From a bacterium (GTDB lineage Bacteria > Patescibacteriota > Minisyncoccia > Phycocordibacterales > SBAW01), in NCBI GenBank assembly GCA_037139975.1, contig JBAXFJ010000002.1, positions 90,099 to 154,098 of the forward strand: a stretch of 64,000 nt of DNA, read 5' to 3'. Of the stretch, positions 20,667 through 29,932 are shown in pieces; position 1 is the first letter of the stretch; each line of letters starts with the position of its first letter. A program made the position numbers and the translations under genes. The notes under the pieces are model-generated. The model saw only the letters and a program-made list of their open reading frames with translations. It searched no databases and had not been told where the DNA came from.

Positions 20667-20734
20667 AGTTTTATTTTGTTAGCTTACTAATCTTTTTTAT
20701 ATTTTGCTCGTAAACTCTTTTTTCCTCTTGTATT

Positions 20735-20756
20735 TAATCTAAATAAATTTAGATTA
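20735..20756. promoter_or_regulatory. 22-bp AT-rich palindrome (TAATCTAAAT-AA-ATTTAGATTA) spanning the grpE stop codon, upstream of dnaK
   Basis: Inverted repeat read directly. Not a CIRCE sequence. Possible operator or processing site. Confidence 0.25.
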
Positions 20757-21327
20757 TCACCTGCGCCGGGCGCACAATTTTATCACCAATACTATACCCA
20801 CTGCGCTCGAGACTTTCAATACTGTCTCCCGAACCTTTTTGTGCCAATGCTTCGTGTTTGTAATGATCGAACGCTTCGCCCACTTTTCCAAACTGCTCAA
20901 CGCCCATACGCCTCAGAGAATCAATGAGCTGTTTGTGCACCAATTCAAGCTCTTTGCTTCCTGGTGCGCCTGCCTGCGCAGGCAGGTGTTTAAGCGCCAT
21001 CTCGAACACGTCGAGCGCAGGAAGCAGATTTTCTACGAACTCAGCTTTGCTTCTATCCTCGCGGTCGGCGTTGATGCCCAACTCTTGACGCTTATAGTTG
21101 GCAAACTCAGCGCGTGCCCGCTGCCATCCATCAAGATATTCTTGTTTTTCTTCAACCGTTTTTTGTAGCTTTTCTCGTAGCTTTTTTATTGTCCCTGGCC
21201 CCTGCTCACTTTCCTCTTCATCTACAAACTCACTGTCTTGACCCTCGTCTTCTGCTTTCTCTCCTTCTTCTTTTTGGTTGCCTCTTTTATTGTTTTGTTC
21301 TGCAAACTCTTCTTCCTCCACTTTCAT
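20749..21327 (-). CDS. grpE: nucleotide exchange factor GrpE
   Basis: Acidic N-terminus, coiled-coil 'DGWQRARAEFANYKRQ' and C-terminal beta domain. Confidence 0.9.
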   Translation of the reverse strand: MKVEEEEFAEQNNKRGNQKEEGEKAEDEGQDSEFVDEEESEQGPGTIKKLREKLQKTVEEKQEYLDGWQRARAEFANYKRQELGINADREDRSKAEFVENLLPALDVFEMALKHLPAQAGAPGSKELELVHKQLIDSLRRMGVEQFGKVGEAFDHYKHEALAQKGSGDSIESLERSGYSIGDKIVRPAQVII

Positions 21328-21346
21328 AATATCTATATTCTACATA

Positions 21347-21386
21347 AAAAAACCGCACCGTCAAATTTTGATAGTGCGGTTTTTCT
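21347..21386 (-). terminator. intrinsic terminator hairpin after rpsI (AAAAACCGCAC...GTGCGGTTTTT, A/T tracts on both sides)
   Basis: 10-bp stem flanked by runs on both strands, in the 64-nt gap between rpsI and grpE. Confidence 0.55.
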
Positions 21387-21391
21387 TTTAC

Positions 21392-21832
21392 TTAGCGTTT
21401 AGACCACTGCTTGCGCTTGCGGGCTTTGACGAAGCCGAATTTGCGGCGCTCTTTGGCGCGCGGGTCACGCTTGAGAAAACCTTCTTTTTTAAGGGGACCG
21501 CGCGTGTCTGCATCATATTCAACAAGCGCACGGGAAATCGCGTGGCGCACCGCCACCGCCTGGCCTGCGATGCCACCACCACGAACAATAACGTTGATGA
21601 TGAATTGGGTAGGGAGCGAAACCTTGAGGAACGCCTCAAGCGCAGCAACGCGAAGCGGTTCGGTCTGGAAGTAGTCGTTCAGCTCTTTGCCGTTGATTAA
21701 TACTTCGGTCTTGGAGCCAGGCGTGAGGCGCGCGCGGGCAACTGCTGTTTTGCGGCGACCAACGGTCTCGATATAACGCTCCCCTTTTGGAGCGTCCTTT
21801 GCTGTTTCTTTTGTAATCGTTTTAGTTGCCAT
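21392..21832 (-). CDS. rpsI: 30S ribosomal protein S9
   Basis: 'GRRKTAVARARL' and C-terminal '...KRKQWSKR'. Confidence 0.92.
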   Translation of the reverse strand: MATKTITKETAKDAPKGERYIETVGRRKTAVARARLTPGSKTEVLINGKELNDYFQTEPLRVAALEAFLKVSLPTQFIINVIVRGGGIAGQAVAVRHAISRALVEYDADTRGPLKKEGFLKRDPRAKERRKFGFVKARKRKQWSKR

Positions 21833-21857
21833 ATCTGTTGTTTAATCTTTCTGAAAA

Positions 21858-22199
21858 TTATTTCTCTATCTTGAGCATCAAAATGCGCTTTTGCTGCAAA
21901 CGATTCTTGGGGAGCATGCCCAACACCGCGCGGCGCAAAGCCTCGGTCTCGCCACGGCGCTCAGTGAGCATTTTGTAGCTTTCTTTCTTCTGCCCACCTG
22001 GATAGCCCGAGTAACGGACATACTTTTTGTCGCCAAGCTTTGCGCCCGAGACGCGCACCTTGCCTGCGTTGACGATGGTTACACCATCTTGAGCAACCAC
22101 GTTCTTGGCAAAGTCGGGTGAGTGTTTGCCGAGCAAGGCCTTAGCCGCCGCGCTTGCGACTCGTCCGAGTGTTTGGTCTTTTGCGTCTATAGTAATCAT
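21858..22199 (-). CDS. rplM: 50S ribosomal protein L13 (short, 113 aa)
   Basis: 'LGRVASAAAKALLGKH...YVRYSGYPGG...AVLGMLPKNRL' L13 pattern. Confidence 0.88.
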   Translation of the reverse strand: MITIDAKDQTLGRVASAAAKALLGKHSPDFAKNVVAQDGVTIVNAGKVRVSGAKLGDKKYVRYSGYPGGQKKESYKMLTERRGETEALRRAVLGMLPKNRLQQKRILMLKIEK

Positions 22200-22204
22200 A
22201 TATT

Positions 22205-22552
22205 TTATACAAACTCGATGATGGCCATTGGGCTGGCATCCCCCTTGCGAGGACCCATCTTCACAATGCGCAGGTAGCCGCCTGGGCGCTCTTTGTAACC
22301 CGCTGCGGTTTTGATGAGCTTGTTTACCGTATCAATATCTCCCAAATCTGCAACTAGGAGGCGGCGATTGGCGATGGTTGCTTCTTTGCCGCGGGTAACG
22401 AGCTTTTCAACCAATGGGCGGATTTCTTTTGCTTTTGCTTCGGTGGTGGTGATGTGTCCCTCCAAAACGAGCGAGCGGGCAAGCGACTTGAGCAGTGCGG
22501 TGCGCTGGTTTTTCTCTCTGCCGAATTTTCTGTTTACGTTGCCGTGTCTCAT
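22205..22552 (-). CDS. rplQ: 50S ribosomal protein L17
   Basis: 'MRHGNVNRKFGREKNQRTALLKSLARSL' L17 N-terminus. Internal Met chosen over the longer ORF to 22582. Confidence 0.88.
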   Translation of the reverse strand: MRHGNVNRKFGREKNQRTALLKSLARSLVLEGHITTTEAKAKEIRPLVEKLVTRGKEATIANRRLLVADLGDIDTVNKLIKTAAGYKERPGGYLRIVKMGPRKGDASPMAIIEFV

Positions 22553-22613
22553 GTTTTTAGTGTTTTTACTTTTTCCCCACAAGTCAAACCTGTGGAGTCG
22601 CGTGTATCCTACT

Positions 22614-23582
22614 CTATTTTAGGACAATTCCAAAATTGGCCAATGCGCGTTTGATCTCTTGAATCGCCTTTGGTCCAAGCCCCTCAACCGAAAGCAGGTC
22701 GTTCTCTTTCTTACGAGCAAGACCTCCCACGGTGCGGATGTTTGCCTTTTCGAGTGCAGACACTGCTCGCGACGAGATGTCGAGGTCTTCAATGCGTGTC
22801 TTGAGCGCATCAGCAGATGCCTCACCCGCGCTTGAAGCAGCTGCGGTCTCAGCAACACTTGGCGATACGGCGTCGCTTGCTACCTCTTCCTCACGGAAGC
22901 CGACGATAGCGCGAAGCTGTGTGACCATCACTTCAACCGACTGCTCGAGCGCTGCACGCGGCGAAAGAGTGCCGTCAGTCTCGATGGTGATGCGCAAACG
23001 ATTAAAGTCAGTGCGATCGCCCACACGCATGTTCTCGACTTCATAGTTCACGCGGCGAATAGGCGAGAAAATAGCATCAACAGAAATCTCACCCACATCC
23101 ACACGATCTTTTTTGAGCACTTCGCGTGGCACATAACCCAAACCGCGCTCAAGGTGGAATTCAGCCTCAAAAGAAGCGTCTTTGCTGGTCAACTCACCGA
23201 TATAGGAATTGGGGTTGAGCAAGCGCACTTGACCTGGCAGGGTCAAATCAGAACCCGAGATCTTCTTTGGACCCTTGATTGAAAGTGTTACTGTCTGTGG
23301 TTCACTGGTGATAATCTCGAAGCGAAGTTTTTTGAGATTGAGGAGAATAGTAACAATGTCTTCACGTAGACCTTCTTTGGTTGAAAATTCGTGATCAACA
23401 CCCTCAATCTTGACTGAGGTGATGGCTGCTCCAGGAAGCGAAGAGAGGATAATGCGGCGGAGCGAATTGCCCAGCGTGTGACCATAGCCCGGATAGAGTC
23501 CGTCTATTTCATAGGTTCCTTCATTTTCTTCTTCAGCAACAATGCGTGGCTTACTAGGAAGTGTTATTGAATATTCAACCAT
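22614..23582 (-). CDS. rpoA: DNA-directed RNA polymerase subunit alpha
   Basis: N-terminal dimerisation domain and C-terminal alpha-CTD; 322 aa, within the ribosomal cluster. Confidence 0.9.
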   Translation of the reverse strand: MVEYSITLPSKPRIVAEEENEGTYEIDGLYPGYGHTLGNSLRRIILSSLPGAAITSVKIEGVDHEFSTKEGLREDIVTILLNLKKLRFEIITSEPQTVTLSIKGPKKISGSDLTLPGQVRLLNPNSYIGELTSKDASFEAEFHLERGLGYVPREVLKKDRVDVGEISVDAIFSPIRRVNYEVENMRVGDRTDFNRLRITIETDGTLSPRAALEQSVEVMVTQLRAIVGFREEEVASDAVSPSVAETAAASSAGEASADALKTRIEDLDISSRAVSALEKANIRTVGGLARKKENDLLSVEGLGPKAIQEIKRALANFGIVLK

Positions 23583-23600
23583 ATATATATTAATTAATTG

Positions 23601-24212
23601 TTAACGGCTATAAAATTGGATGATAACTGGCGCATTAAAAGCCAGCTCCGTTTCAACAACTGCGGGAATGCTTTCTATCGTCAAGGAAAGACCGTCTTCA
23701 GAGAGCTTCATCCAGGCTGGAGCTTTGGTTTCTGCCAGCGTGTCTGCGCGATTCATAAAAAGTGGACTGGTGCGGCTTTCAGGACGAATGCTGATGGTGT
23801 CACCTACCTGGACACAGTGTGACGGCACGGTCATACGACGACCATGTACCATAACATGGCCATGGCTCACCAATTGGCGGGCTGCACGACGAGTTTTAAC
23901 GAGCCCTGAACGATACACAACATTGTCGAGGCGTGCTTCAAGGCGTGACACAAGACTGGTGCTCGCTGCGGTGCCGTGCTTTTCCATGGCCTCATGCACA
24001 TAGCGAGAAAATTGACTCTCAGAAAGACCATAGGTAAAGCGTGCTTTCTGCTTCTCGATAAGCTGCAGGCCGAAGTCACCGCCACCGCCACGCTTGCCGC
24101 GCACCTTGCGGGGCGCACGCGCTTCAGCGAGCTGGAACTTTTGCGTCTGGCACTTCTCAAAAACCGATGAGCCGAGACGTTTGCAGATTTTGTATTTTGG
24201 TCCAACTATCAT
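23601..24212 (-). CDS. rpsD: 30S ribosomal protein S4
   Basis: 'GPKYKICKRLG' N-terminus, S4 domain, 203 aa. Confidence 0.9.
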   Translation of the reverse strand: MIVGPKYKICKRLGSSVFEKCQTQKFQLAEARAPRKVRGKRGGGGDFGLQLIEKQKARFTYGLSESQFSRYVHEAMEKHGTAASTSLVSRLEARLDNVVYRSGLVKTRRAARQLVSHGHVMVHGRRMTVPSHCVQVGDTISIRPESRTSPLFMNRADTLAETKAPAWMKLSEDGLSLTIESIPAVVETELAFNAPVIIQFYSR

Positions 24213-24223
24213 AAAAATATATA

Positions 24224-24649
24224 TTATACGCGGCGTGCTTTAGGTGGACGTGGACCGTTGTGTGGTACAGGGGTTGCGTCTTTAATGCCACCAATGTGAA
24301 TACCTTTACCCACAAACGCCCGAATTGCTGACTCGCGACCTGAACCCACACCTGAGACCACAACCGAGATCTCTTTGATACCCATCGCAAGCGCCTTGTC
24401 GGCCAACAGCTCGCCCACCTTTGCTGCAGCAAACGGGGTGCCCTTTTTGGCACCAGCAAAGCCGAGGCTGCCGCTCGAAGACCAGGCAACCACATCGCCT
24501 TTTTTGTCTGCCAAAGAAACCTTGGTGTTGTTATAGGTGGCTTCAACAAAGAGCAGTGCCGAATCGAGCTTGCGCTTGCTTGCGCGCGACGAAGAACCGC
24601 GTGCTGCGTTGTCGTCCCCTCCTTTTTTTACAATTCGTTTCTTACCCAT
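24224..24649 (-). CDS. rpsK: 30S ribosomal protein S11
   Basis: C-terminal '...GGIKDATPVPHNGPRPPKARRV'. Confidence 0.9.
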   Translation of the reverse strand: MGKKRIVKKGGDDNAARGSSSRASKRKLDSALLFVEATYNNTKVSLADKKGDVVAWSSSGSLGFAGAKKGTPFAAAKVGELLADKALAMGIKEISVVVSGVGSGRESAIRAFVGKGIHIGGIKDATPVPHNGPRPPKARRV

Positions 24650-24697
24650 AGGTTATTGTCAGTATTTTGCTTTTATACACTACTATATTGACTTTGA

Positions 24698-25075
24698 CTA
24701 GGTCTTCTCAGTCTTACGGCGACCGGACGTCATGGTCTTGCGCACGTTACCGCGCACGGTGCGCGAATTGGTCTTAGTGCGTTGTCCGCGTGTCGGCATG
24801 TGCCGTGTGTGGCGCGTGCCACGATACGAACCAATATCTTTGAGGCGCTTCACATTGCCCGCAACCTCGCGCTTGAGGTCGCCTTCTATTTTAAAAGCTT
24901 CAACCAATTTACGAATCTCTGCTTCTTCTTCAGCGGTCATGTCGTTCGCACGACGATTCAAATCTATTTTCAAATCAACACATACACCCTCGGCGCGAGA
25001 AAGGCCAATGCCGTACAACGCGGTGAGTGCGTGTGCGATACGCTTGTTGGGGATAGTGATGCCTGAAATTCTCAT
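24698..25075 (-). CDS. rpsM: 30S ribosomal protein S13
   Basis: 'MRISGITIPNKRIAHALTALYGIG'. Internal Met chosen; the longer ORF to 25132 would overlap rpmJ. Confidence 0.88.
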   Translation of the reverse strand: MRISGITIPNKRIAHALTALYGIGLSRAEGVCVDLKIDLNRRANDMTAEEEAEIRKLVEAFKIEGDLKREVAGNVKRLKDIGSYRGTRHTRHMPTRGQRTKTNSRTVRGNVRKTMTSGRRKTEKT

Positions 25076-25082
25076 ACTAAAA

Positions 25083-25196
25083 TTAGCCTTGACGTTGTTT
25101 ATGGCGTGGATTGTCGCAAATGACATACACATACCCCTTGCGGCGGATCATTTTGCACTTGATGCAGCGAGCTTTAAGCGATGATTTGATTTTCAT
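25083..25196 (-). CDS. rpmJ: 50S ribosomal protein L36
   Basis: Manual translation of the minus strand gives 37 aa '[37 protein letters not shown]' with the C-x2-C...C...H zinc ribbon. Not in the supplied ORF track. Confidence 0.85.
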   Translation of the reverse strand: MKIKSSLKARCIKCKMIRRKGYVYVICDNPRHKQRQG

Positions 25197-25216
25197 ATAC
25201 TTTTTTCACACACACT

Positions 25217-25429
25217 CTACATCCTGCGCGTAATGCGCCCCTTGCCACCATAGGGGTCAAGTTTGACCTGTACCTTGTCGCCCACCAAAACTTTGATACG
25301 GTGGAGACGCATTTTCCCCGCTAAATAAGTCAAAATCACCTCACCGGTCCCGAGAGAAACTCGAAACATGGCATTTGGTAATGCTTCCTCAACGGTGCCC
25401 TGCACCTCACCTGATGTATCTTTCTCCAT
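25217..25429 (-). CDS. infA: translation initiation factor IF-1
   Basis: 'GTVEEALPNAMFRVSL...LAGKMRLHRIKVLVGDKVQVKLDPYGGKGRITRR'. Confidence 0.9.
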   Translation of the reverse strand: MEKDTSGEVQGTVEEALPNAMFRVSLGTGEVILTYLAGKMRLHRIKVLVGDKVQVKLDPYGGKGRITRRM

Positions 25430-25447
25430 TCTTATCTAACATTTTCC

Positions 25448-25476
25448 ACTATAGCAGAATGCCCATTTTGCGTCAA
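25448..25476 (-). promoter_or_regulatory. sigma70-like promoter upstream of infA (minus strand: TTGACG-N17-TATAGT)
   Basis: Read on the minus strand, about 15 nt upstream of the infA ATG. Implies a very short leader. Confidence 0.4.
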
Positions 25477-25534
25477 ATAGAGGGGTGCACATGCCTGTTG
25501 AAAACCAATTTGATCAACTTCTCTTCAAGAGGAG

Positions 25535-26317
25535 CTAATTTTGGTTGTTATTGAGCGAGGGTTGGATAACAGTGACCACAAGCTGGCTTGCATCAGCAGG
25601 AAGGATCAGCTTCCAAAACGGTCGCATAGTGAGGTGCGCTTCGGCGATGCCTGGGCCAAAAGCTTTGACGATTTTGGCGAAGTCCGAGCGGTTTTGTCCC
25701 ACCAACGCTTGTTGAAGCGCTTGTGGGTCAATCTGCCACAGGAGTGTTGTTGAACCAGTCAGTGTGACGAGCATATACCCAAAAGTCGGTGCACTTGTGG
25801 TGACGGAAGCTGCGATAGAAGACCCTTCAGCAAGTGCAACAGGCTCGCCCGCATACCCGGCAACAGTTTGTTGGGCAAGAGCGCGCGCGAGTATTTTTGG
25901 GTCGAGCACCGCCACCTGCCCACCCATAAGCGAGCCCTGCACAAGAATAAAGCCCTGAGGAATTGATTTTACCAGTACACGCGTGTATCCCAGAGAGTTT
26001 TGTGAAGGATTTATTGATGCGGTGATATGTACTGGCAACACAACGGCCTGGCTCTTGAGCGTGACTTTGACATCTGCTTTTTGGAAGAGCGTTGAAAGCA
26101 GGAGGCCGGCCACCGCACAAGCCAAAACAGCAAACAATCCCCACAAGAAAAGTTGGCTTTTGCTTCTTTTGGCGTGTGTGTGTGACGTCTCGCCGTCTTG
26201 GCTATTTTGATGGTTTTGACCAACACCCCTTGTGTGGTGTTCGGATGTGCCACGGTGGTTAGGGAGAACGGGAATATTTCGTATGGAGCGATCCCTTTTG
26301 GTAAACATGTCGGGCAT
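25535..26317 (-). CDS. bitopic membrane protein, PilN/PilO-like (hypothetical)
   Basis: His/basic-rich cytoplasmic N-terminus, single TM 'LFLWGLFAVLACAVAGLLLSTLF', about 190-aa extracytoplasmic domain. Immediately downstream of the PilM-like gene. Confidence 0.35.
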   Translation of the reverse strand: MPDMFTKRDRSIRNIPVLPNHRGTSEHHTRGVGQNHQNSQDGETSHTHAKRSKSQLFLWGLFAVLACAVAGLLLSTLFQKADVKVTLKSQAVVLPVHITASINPSQNSLGYTRVLVKSIPQGFILVQGSLMGGQVAVLDPKILARALAQQTVAGYAGEPVALAEGSSIAASVTTSAPTFGYMLVTLTGSTTLLWQIDPQALQQALVGQNRSDFAKIVKAFGPGIAEAHLTMRPFWKLILPADASQLVVTVIQPSLNNNQN

Positions 26318-26340
26318 ACCTGTAGTATATCGTAAAAATC

Positions 26341-27321
26341 TTAAAATACTTTGTTTGCAAAAAGCGCCTCAACCATGAAGTGCAGGTCAGGGACCGCTGC
26401 GTGTGCAGAGGCGTGAGACACCAGGTGATGGGCGCGTAGCGCGCGCACCGTGCCTCCCTCAGGAAAGAGCGCGGCGACCTGCTCGGAGTTGGCCAGGACG
26501 CTTGCAAACAACTCACCCAATGGCTCGGGGGCGACCACCAACACACTGTGTGCAAAACTTGCATCGTCCGGAAGATTGCCCGCATAGAGCGCCCGAGCGA
26601 CGTCGGCAAAGTCGTCGGCAAAGTGCGTCGCCGAGACCGAAAGCGGTTCGTGCAGCCACTCGGGGCCTGGGTGCACATGCCCCGGCGTGGTGTCAATAAG
26701 ACTGAGCGCTGAGCGCGCGGCGTGCAGCGGCACCCCCGCATGCGTCGAGAGGGTTCGCAGGATGGTATGTGACCCAAACGGTACCGTGGCGCGAGCGATG
26801 ACCGCGTTTTCATATATGTAGAGAATTTCGACGACTTCGCCAGTCACCACACACAGCAGAAATGCCGGGTCATGTTCAAACGCCGCATCAACCGCGTGCG
26901 CGGCCGCGGCGCCGAATGCATGAAAGGAAACAGGCATATCCCCAACCAACCCTCTGATGCTTTTTTGCACGTGCGGCTCAAAATCCCACGCAATCTTGTC
27001 TTGTTTGCCCACACCCCAAGACGGAGCAACCCACGGCGCGCCAAAAAACACTGCGGTGTTTGAAATTCCTGAAGCAGTCCGAGCATGCACCAACACTTCG
27101 TGAGCCGCCCGTTCCACTTCGCGCGCCATACGCGCGCTGCTGAGCCTCTGTTGCACTGGCAGCGACAACCTCTTTTCTGCAAACAAGCGCGGTGCCTGGC
27201 CTGGGGCAAGTTGCACCAGCGCACTGCCAACACTCGCGTTCTCAACGTCGAGCAGCAAAACGGTTTGTTCTTTTTCTGATTTCCCTTTCTCTTTTCCAAA
27301 CAACGAAAACAAAGATGACAT
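26341..27321 (-). CDS. actin-fold ATPase-like protein, PilM/FtsA-like
   Basis: 'LLLDVENASVGSALVQL' and 'FLLCVVTGEVVEILYIYENAVIARATVPFGSHTI' resemble the two RNaseH-like halves of PilM/FtsA. Ala-rich and about 63% GC. Start at the internal Met (MSSLFSLFGKEK); the longer ORF to 27576 would overlap alaS. Confidence 0.4.
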   Translation of the reverse strand: MSSLFSLFGKEKGKSEKEQTVLLLDVENASVGSALVQLAPGQAPRLFAEKRLSLPVQQRLSSARMAREVERAAHEVLVHARTASGISNTAVFFGAPWVAPSWGVGKQDKIAWDFEPHVQKSIRGLVGDMPVSFHAFGAAAAHAVDAAFEHDPAFLLCVVTGEVVEILYIYENAVIARATVPFGSHTILRTLSTHAGVPLHAARSALSLIDTTPGHVHPGPEWLHEPLSVSATHFADDFADVARALYAGNLPDDASFAHSVLVVAPEPLGELFASVLANSEQVAALFPEGGTVRALRAHHLVSHASAHAAVPDLHFMVEALFANKVF

Positions 27322-27367
27322 GCGTTTAGTATATATCAAAAAAAAGAAAAGCTCCGGGACAAAACAA

Positions 27368-29245
27368 TTACTCAAGCACTGCCCGAATGCGGCGCACACC
27401 TGCCGAAACGGCTTCTTCTTTTTGGATTTTGAAATGTTTGTTTTCAGCGGCAAGCTCGCCCGTGTGGGTGACGTGCGGGCCACCACAAAACTCGACAGAG
27501 AAAGCAGAGTTGACCGGGCCAACCGAATAGACCGAAACCATGTCGGGGTACTTGGCACCAAACTCGTGTTCGGCACCCAACTTTTCAGCTTCTTCTTTGG
27601 GCATTTCAGTGCGGATCACCTGAATATCCTCTGTAATCTTTTCGTTCACAATCTGTTCAACTTCTTTGAGTTGCTCGGGCGTCACTTTCTGCCCATACGA
27701 AAAGTCTATTCTGAGTCTTTCTTGCGTAATGTTCGAGCCGCGCTGCTTCACCTCGAGACCCAACACTATTTGCAGCGCTTTGAGCAACAAGTGGTGTGCG
27801 GTGTGCAGCCTGGTTGTCTTTTCTGACGTATCTGCAAGCCCGCCTTTGAACTTTTGCTCACTTCCCGAGCGAGACAAGTCTTGGTGCTGCTTCAGTAATT
27901 CTTTGAAACCCTCCAGGTCGATTTGCTTAATCCCCTTTTCGCCCGCCTCCTCGATGACCAATTCGAGCGGGAAACCATAGGTCGTCACCAGGTGAAAAGC
28001 ATCGTGCGCTGAAAGCGAGCTCTGCCCTGCAAACCGCGCAAGCTCTTTCATGCCGCGGTCGAGCGTGAGGCGAAACTGCTTTTCTTCAGCGTCGATCACG
28101 CTCTCTATTTCAAGTTGTTTTTCTTGTAACTCTGGATAGGGCGCTTTATAGGTGTTCGCAATAGACCCCACAACACCTGCCAGAGTAAATGCGTTGTATC
28201 CAACGCCAAGCTTGTCGAGCTGTTGCACGCTGCGGCGGATGAGCCGGCGCACAAAGTAGCCTTTATCTGTCTTTCCTGGCACGACCCCATCAGCAATCAG
28301 AAAAGTTGCGGCCTTTACATGGTCAGCAATAATACGGAATGCTTTTTTGTTGTCTGCATACATTTTGCCCGTGTTGAGCTCCAGCGCGGTGATTATTTCC
28401 TTGTGGGCAACAAGGAACACGTCGGGTGAGTTTTGCGCCGCAGCCGCAATGCGCTCGAGGCCGCCACCATAGTCGACATTTTGCTTGGGGAGTTTTTCAA
28501 ACCCATCGGCAGTTTTGAGATATTGCATAAACACCGAGTTGCCCAGTTCGATATATCGACCACAGTCACAATTGGGGTGGCAGTGGTCGCCCCACTTTTT
28601 GTCATGCACCACTTCTGGATATAAGTAGAAGACCTCAGTGTCAGGCCCTCCCGGCTCGCCGGGCGGCATCTTGTTTGGGGCGCCCGCTCGACTCCACCAA
28701 TTTTTGTCATCATAGAAAAAGATGCGCCCACCTTGCTCCCCCACTTCATAGCCTCGCTCCTCGCTCCCTATGTCCACCTCTTGCACATTGGCGACATTGG
28801 CCTTAGTAAAAAGATCTTTCCAAATAGCGGCGCTCTCGGTGTCTTTGGGTATATCTGCCGCAGGGTTGCCGATGTAGCAGGTAACAAAAATCCTATTAGG
28901 ATCGAGCTGCACCTCTTTGGTCAAAAATTCAAAGAACCAGGTAATTTGCTCTTGTTTGAAATAGTCACCCAACGACCAGTTGCCGAGCATTTCAAAAAAA
29001 GTCGTGTGGCGATTGTCACCGATCTCTTCTATGTCGCCCGAGCGAAAACATTTTTGAGAATCAACCAAACGCGAACCAGCGGGGTGACTTTTGCCGAGCA
29101 AATATGGGATCAAAGGCTGCATACCCGAACCGGTAAAGAGTGTGGTGGGGTCATTTTGTGGCACCAGGGGCGACGAGGGAATAATCACGTGTCCCCGCTC
29201 CTCAAAAAACTTCAAATATTTCGTCCGAACCTCGTCCAACAGCAT
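27368..29245 (-). CDS. alaS: alanine--tRNA ligase, truncated form (catalytic, tRNA-recognition and editing domains; no C-Ala/DHHA1 domain)
   Basis: N-terminus 'FEERGHVIIPSSPLVPQNDPTTLFTGSGMQP', editing motifs 'TAHHLL' (HxxxH) and 'CGGPHV' (CxxxH). 625 aa versus about 870 typical. Confidence 0.85.
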   Translation of the reverse strand: MLLDEVRTKYLKFFEERGHVIIPSSPLVPQNDPTTLFTGSGMQPLIPYLLGKSHPAGSRLVDSQKCFRSGDIEEIGDNRHTTFFEMLGNWSLGDYFKQEQITWFFEFLTKEVQLDPNRIFVTCYIGNPAADIPKDTESAAIWKDLFTKANVANVQEVDIGSEERGYEVGEQGGRIFFYDDKNWWSRAGAPNKMPPGEPGGPDTEVFYLYPEVVHDKKWGDHCHPNCDCGRYIELGNSVFMQYLKTADGFEKLPKQNVDYGGGLERIAAAAQNSPDVFLVAHKEIITALELNTGKMYADNKKAFRIIADHVKAATFLIADGVVPGKTDKGYFVRRLIRRSVQQLDKLGVGYNAFTLAGVVGSIANTYKAPYPELQEKQLEIESVIDAEEKQFRLTLDRGMKELARFAGQSSLSAHDAFHLVTTYGFPLELVIEEAGEKGIKQIDLEGFKELLKQHQDLSRSGSEQKFKGGLADTSEKTTRLHTAHHLLLKALQIVLGLEVKQRGSNITQERLRIDFSYGQKVTPEQLKEVEQIVNEKITEDIQVIRTEMPKEEAEKLGAEHEFGAKYPDMVSVYSVGPVNSAFSVEFCGGPHVTHTGELAAENKHFKIQKEEAVSAGVRRIRAVLE

Positions 29246-29331
29246 ATATATGAAAGAGTATCGTTAATTTGTGGAAAAGAAAAGAGCCCACATCTTTCGA
29301 TGCAGGCCCTGTTGGAATTTTCAAGAAAGAG

Positions 29332-29634
29332 CTATCCGGCAGCGAGGATCTTCGCCAACACCGCGTCGGGGGCTTTGCTGGGATCCTGCAACTTGTCCTT
29401 CGGATCGTAGATGGTGACACCCTTTTTCGCAGGAATCAGCGTCAGCTTGCCTTGTTCGACAAGTTTCGTGGTGGCGGCAATCGGATCTTCGCCAAAGTAA
29501 TCCCGGAACGCCTTGTTAAACCCACTGATGACCGTGTTAATCCCGAGATAGGGTTTGACCCGCAACCCATGAATTGCCTTCAATGTGAATTCTTCGTGAC
29601 TCAGCTTCGCCTGTGTGGTGGTGGGCTTACTCAT
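29332..29634 (-). CDS. hypothetical protein (100 aa), third gene of an unknown three-gene cassette
   Basis: Canonical SD 'CAGGAGTAACG' before the ATG. Coding-like composition. The opposite-strand ORF looks like GC-rich noise. Confidence 0.55.
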   Translation of the reverse strand: MSKPTTTQAKLSHEEFTLKAIHGLRVKPYLGINTVISGFNKAFRDYFGEDPIAATTKLVEQGKLTLIPAKKGVTIYDPKDKLQDPSKAPDAVLAKILAAG

Positions 29635-29675
29635 AACTCGTTACTCCTGACTGTTGGAACTGCTGTTGAGACTGA

Positions 29676-29924
29676 CTACTGTTCGTCGGTCGGTTTCAGA
29701 AACCGTGCGTACGCCGCTCGCCACCCTGCCCGCTTCCTTGAAAGCTGACCAAGCATAACGAACGACCCTCGTTCGGGAGAGTGTTCCTCTTTCCAAACCT
29801 CTTGGTTAAGCGAAAAGCTGACGCTCAACGCTCTTTCGTCCTCCGACGTGGCGAACGCAAACGGGCCATGACGCCCCTCTGGAACCACACTTTGGACCAC
29901 TGCGCGCAGTAAGTCATCCATCAC
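29676..29924 (-). CDS. hypothetical protein (82 aa), second gene of the cassette
   Basis: 'AAGGGGAAGTGTG-ATG' SD-like sequence. 8-nt gap after gene A. Confidence 0.45.
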   Translation of the reverse strand: MMDDLLRAVVQSVVPEGRHGPFAFATSEDERALSVSFSLNQEVWKEEHSPERGSFVMLGQLSRKRAGWRAAYARFLKPTDEQ

Positions 29925-29932
29925 ACTTCCCC

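Noticed and set aside
20667-21391. CIRCE/HrcA operator upstream of grpE and dnaK
   Set aside because: No TTAGCACTC-N9-GAGTGCTAA-like sequence is present. Only an unrelated AT-rich palindrome and the rpsI terminator are there.
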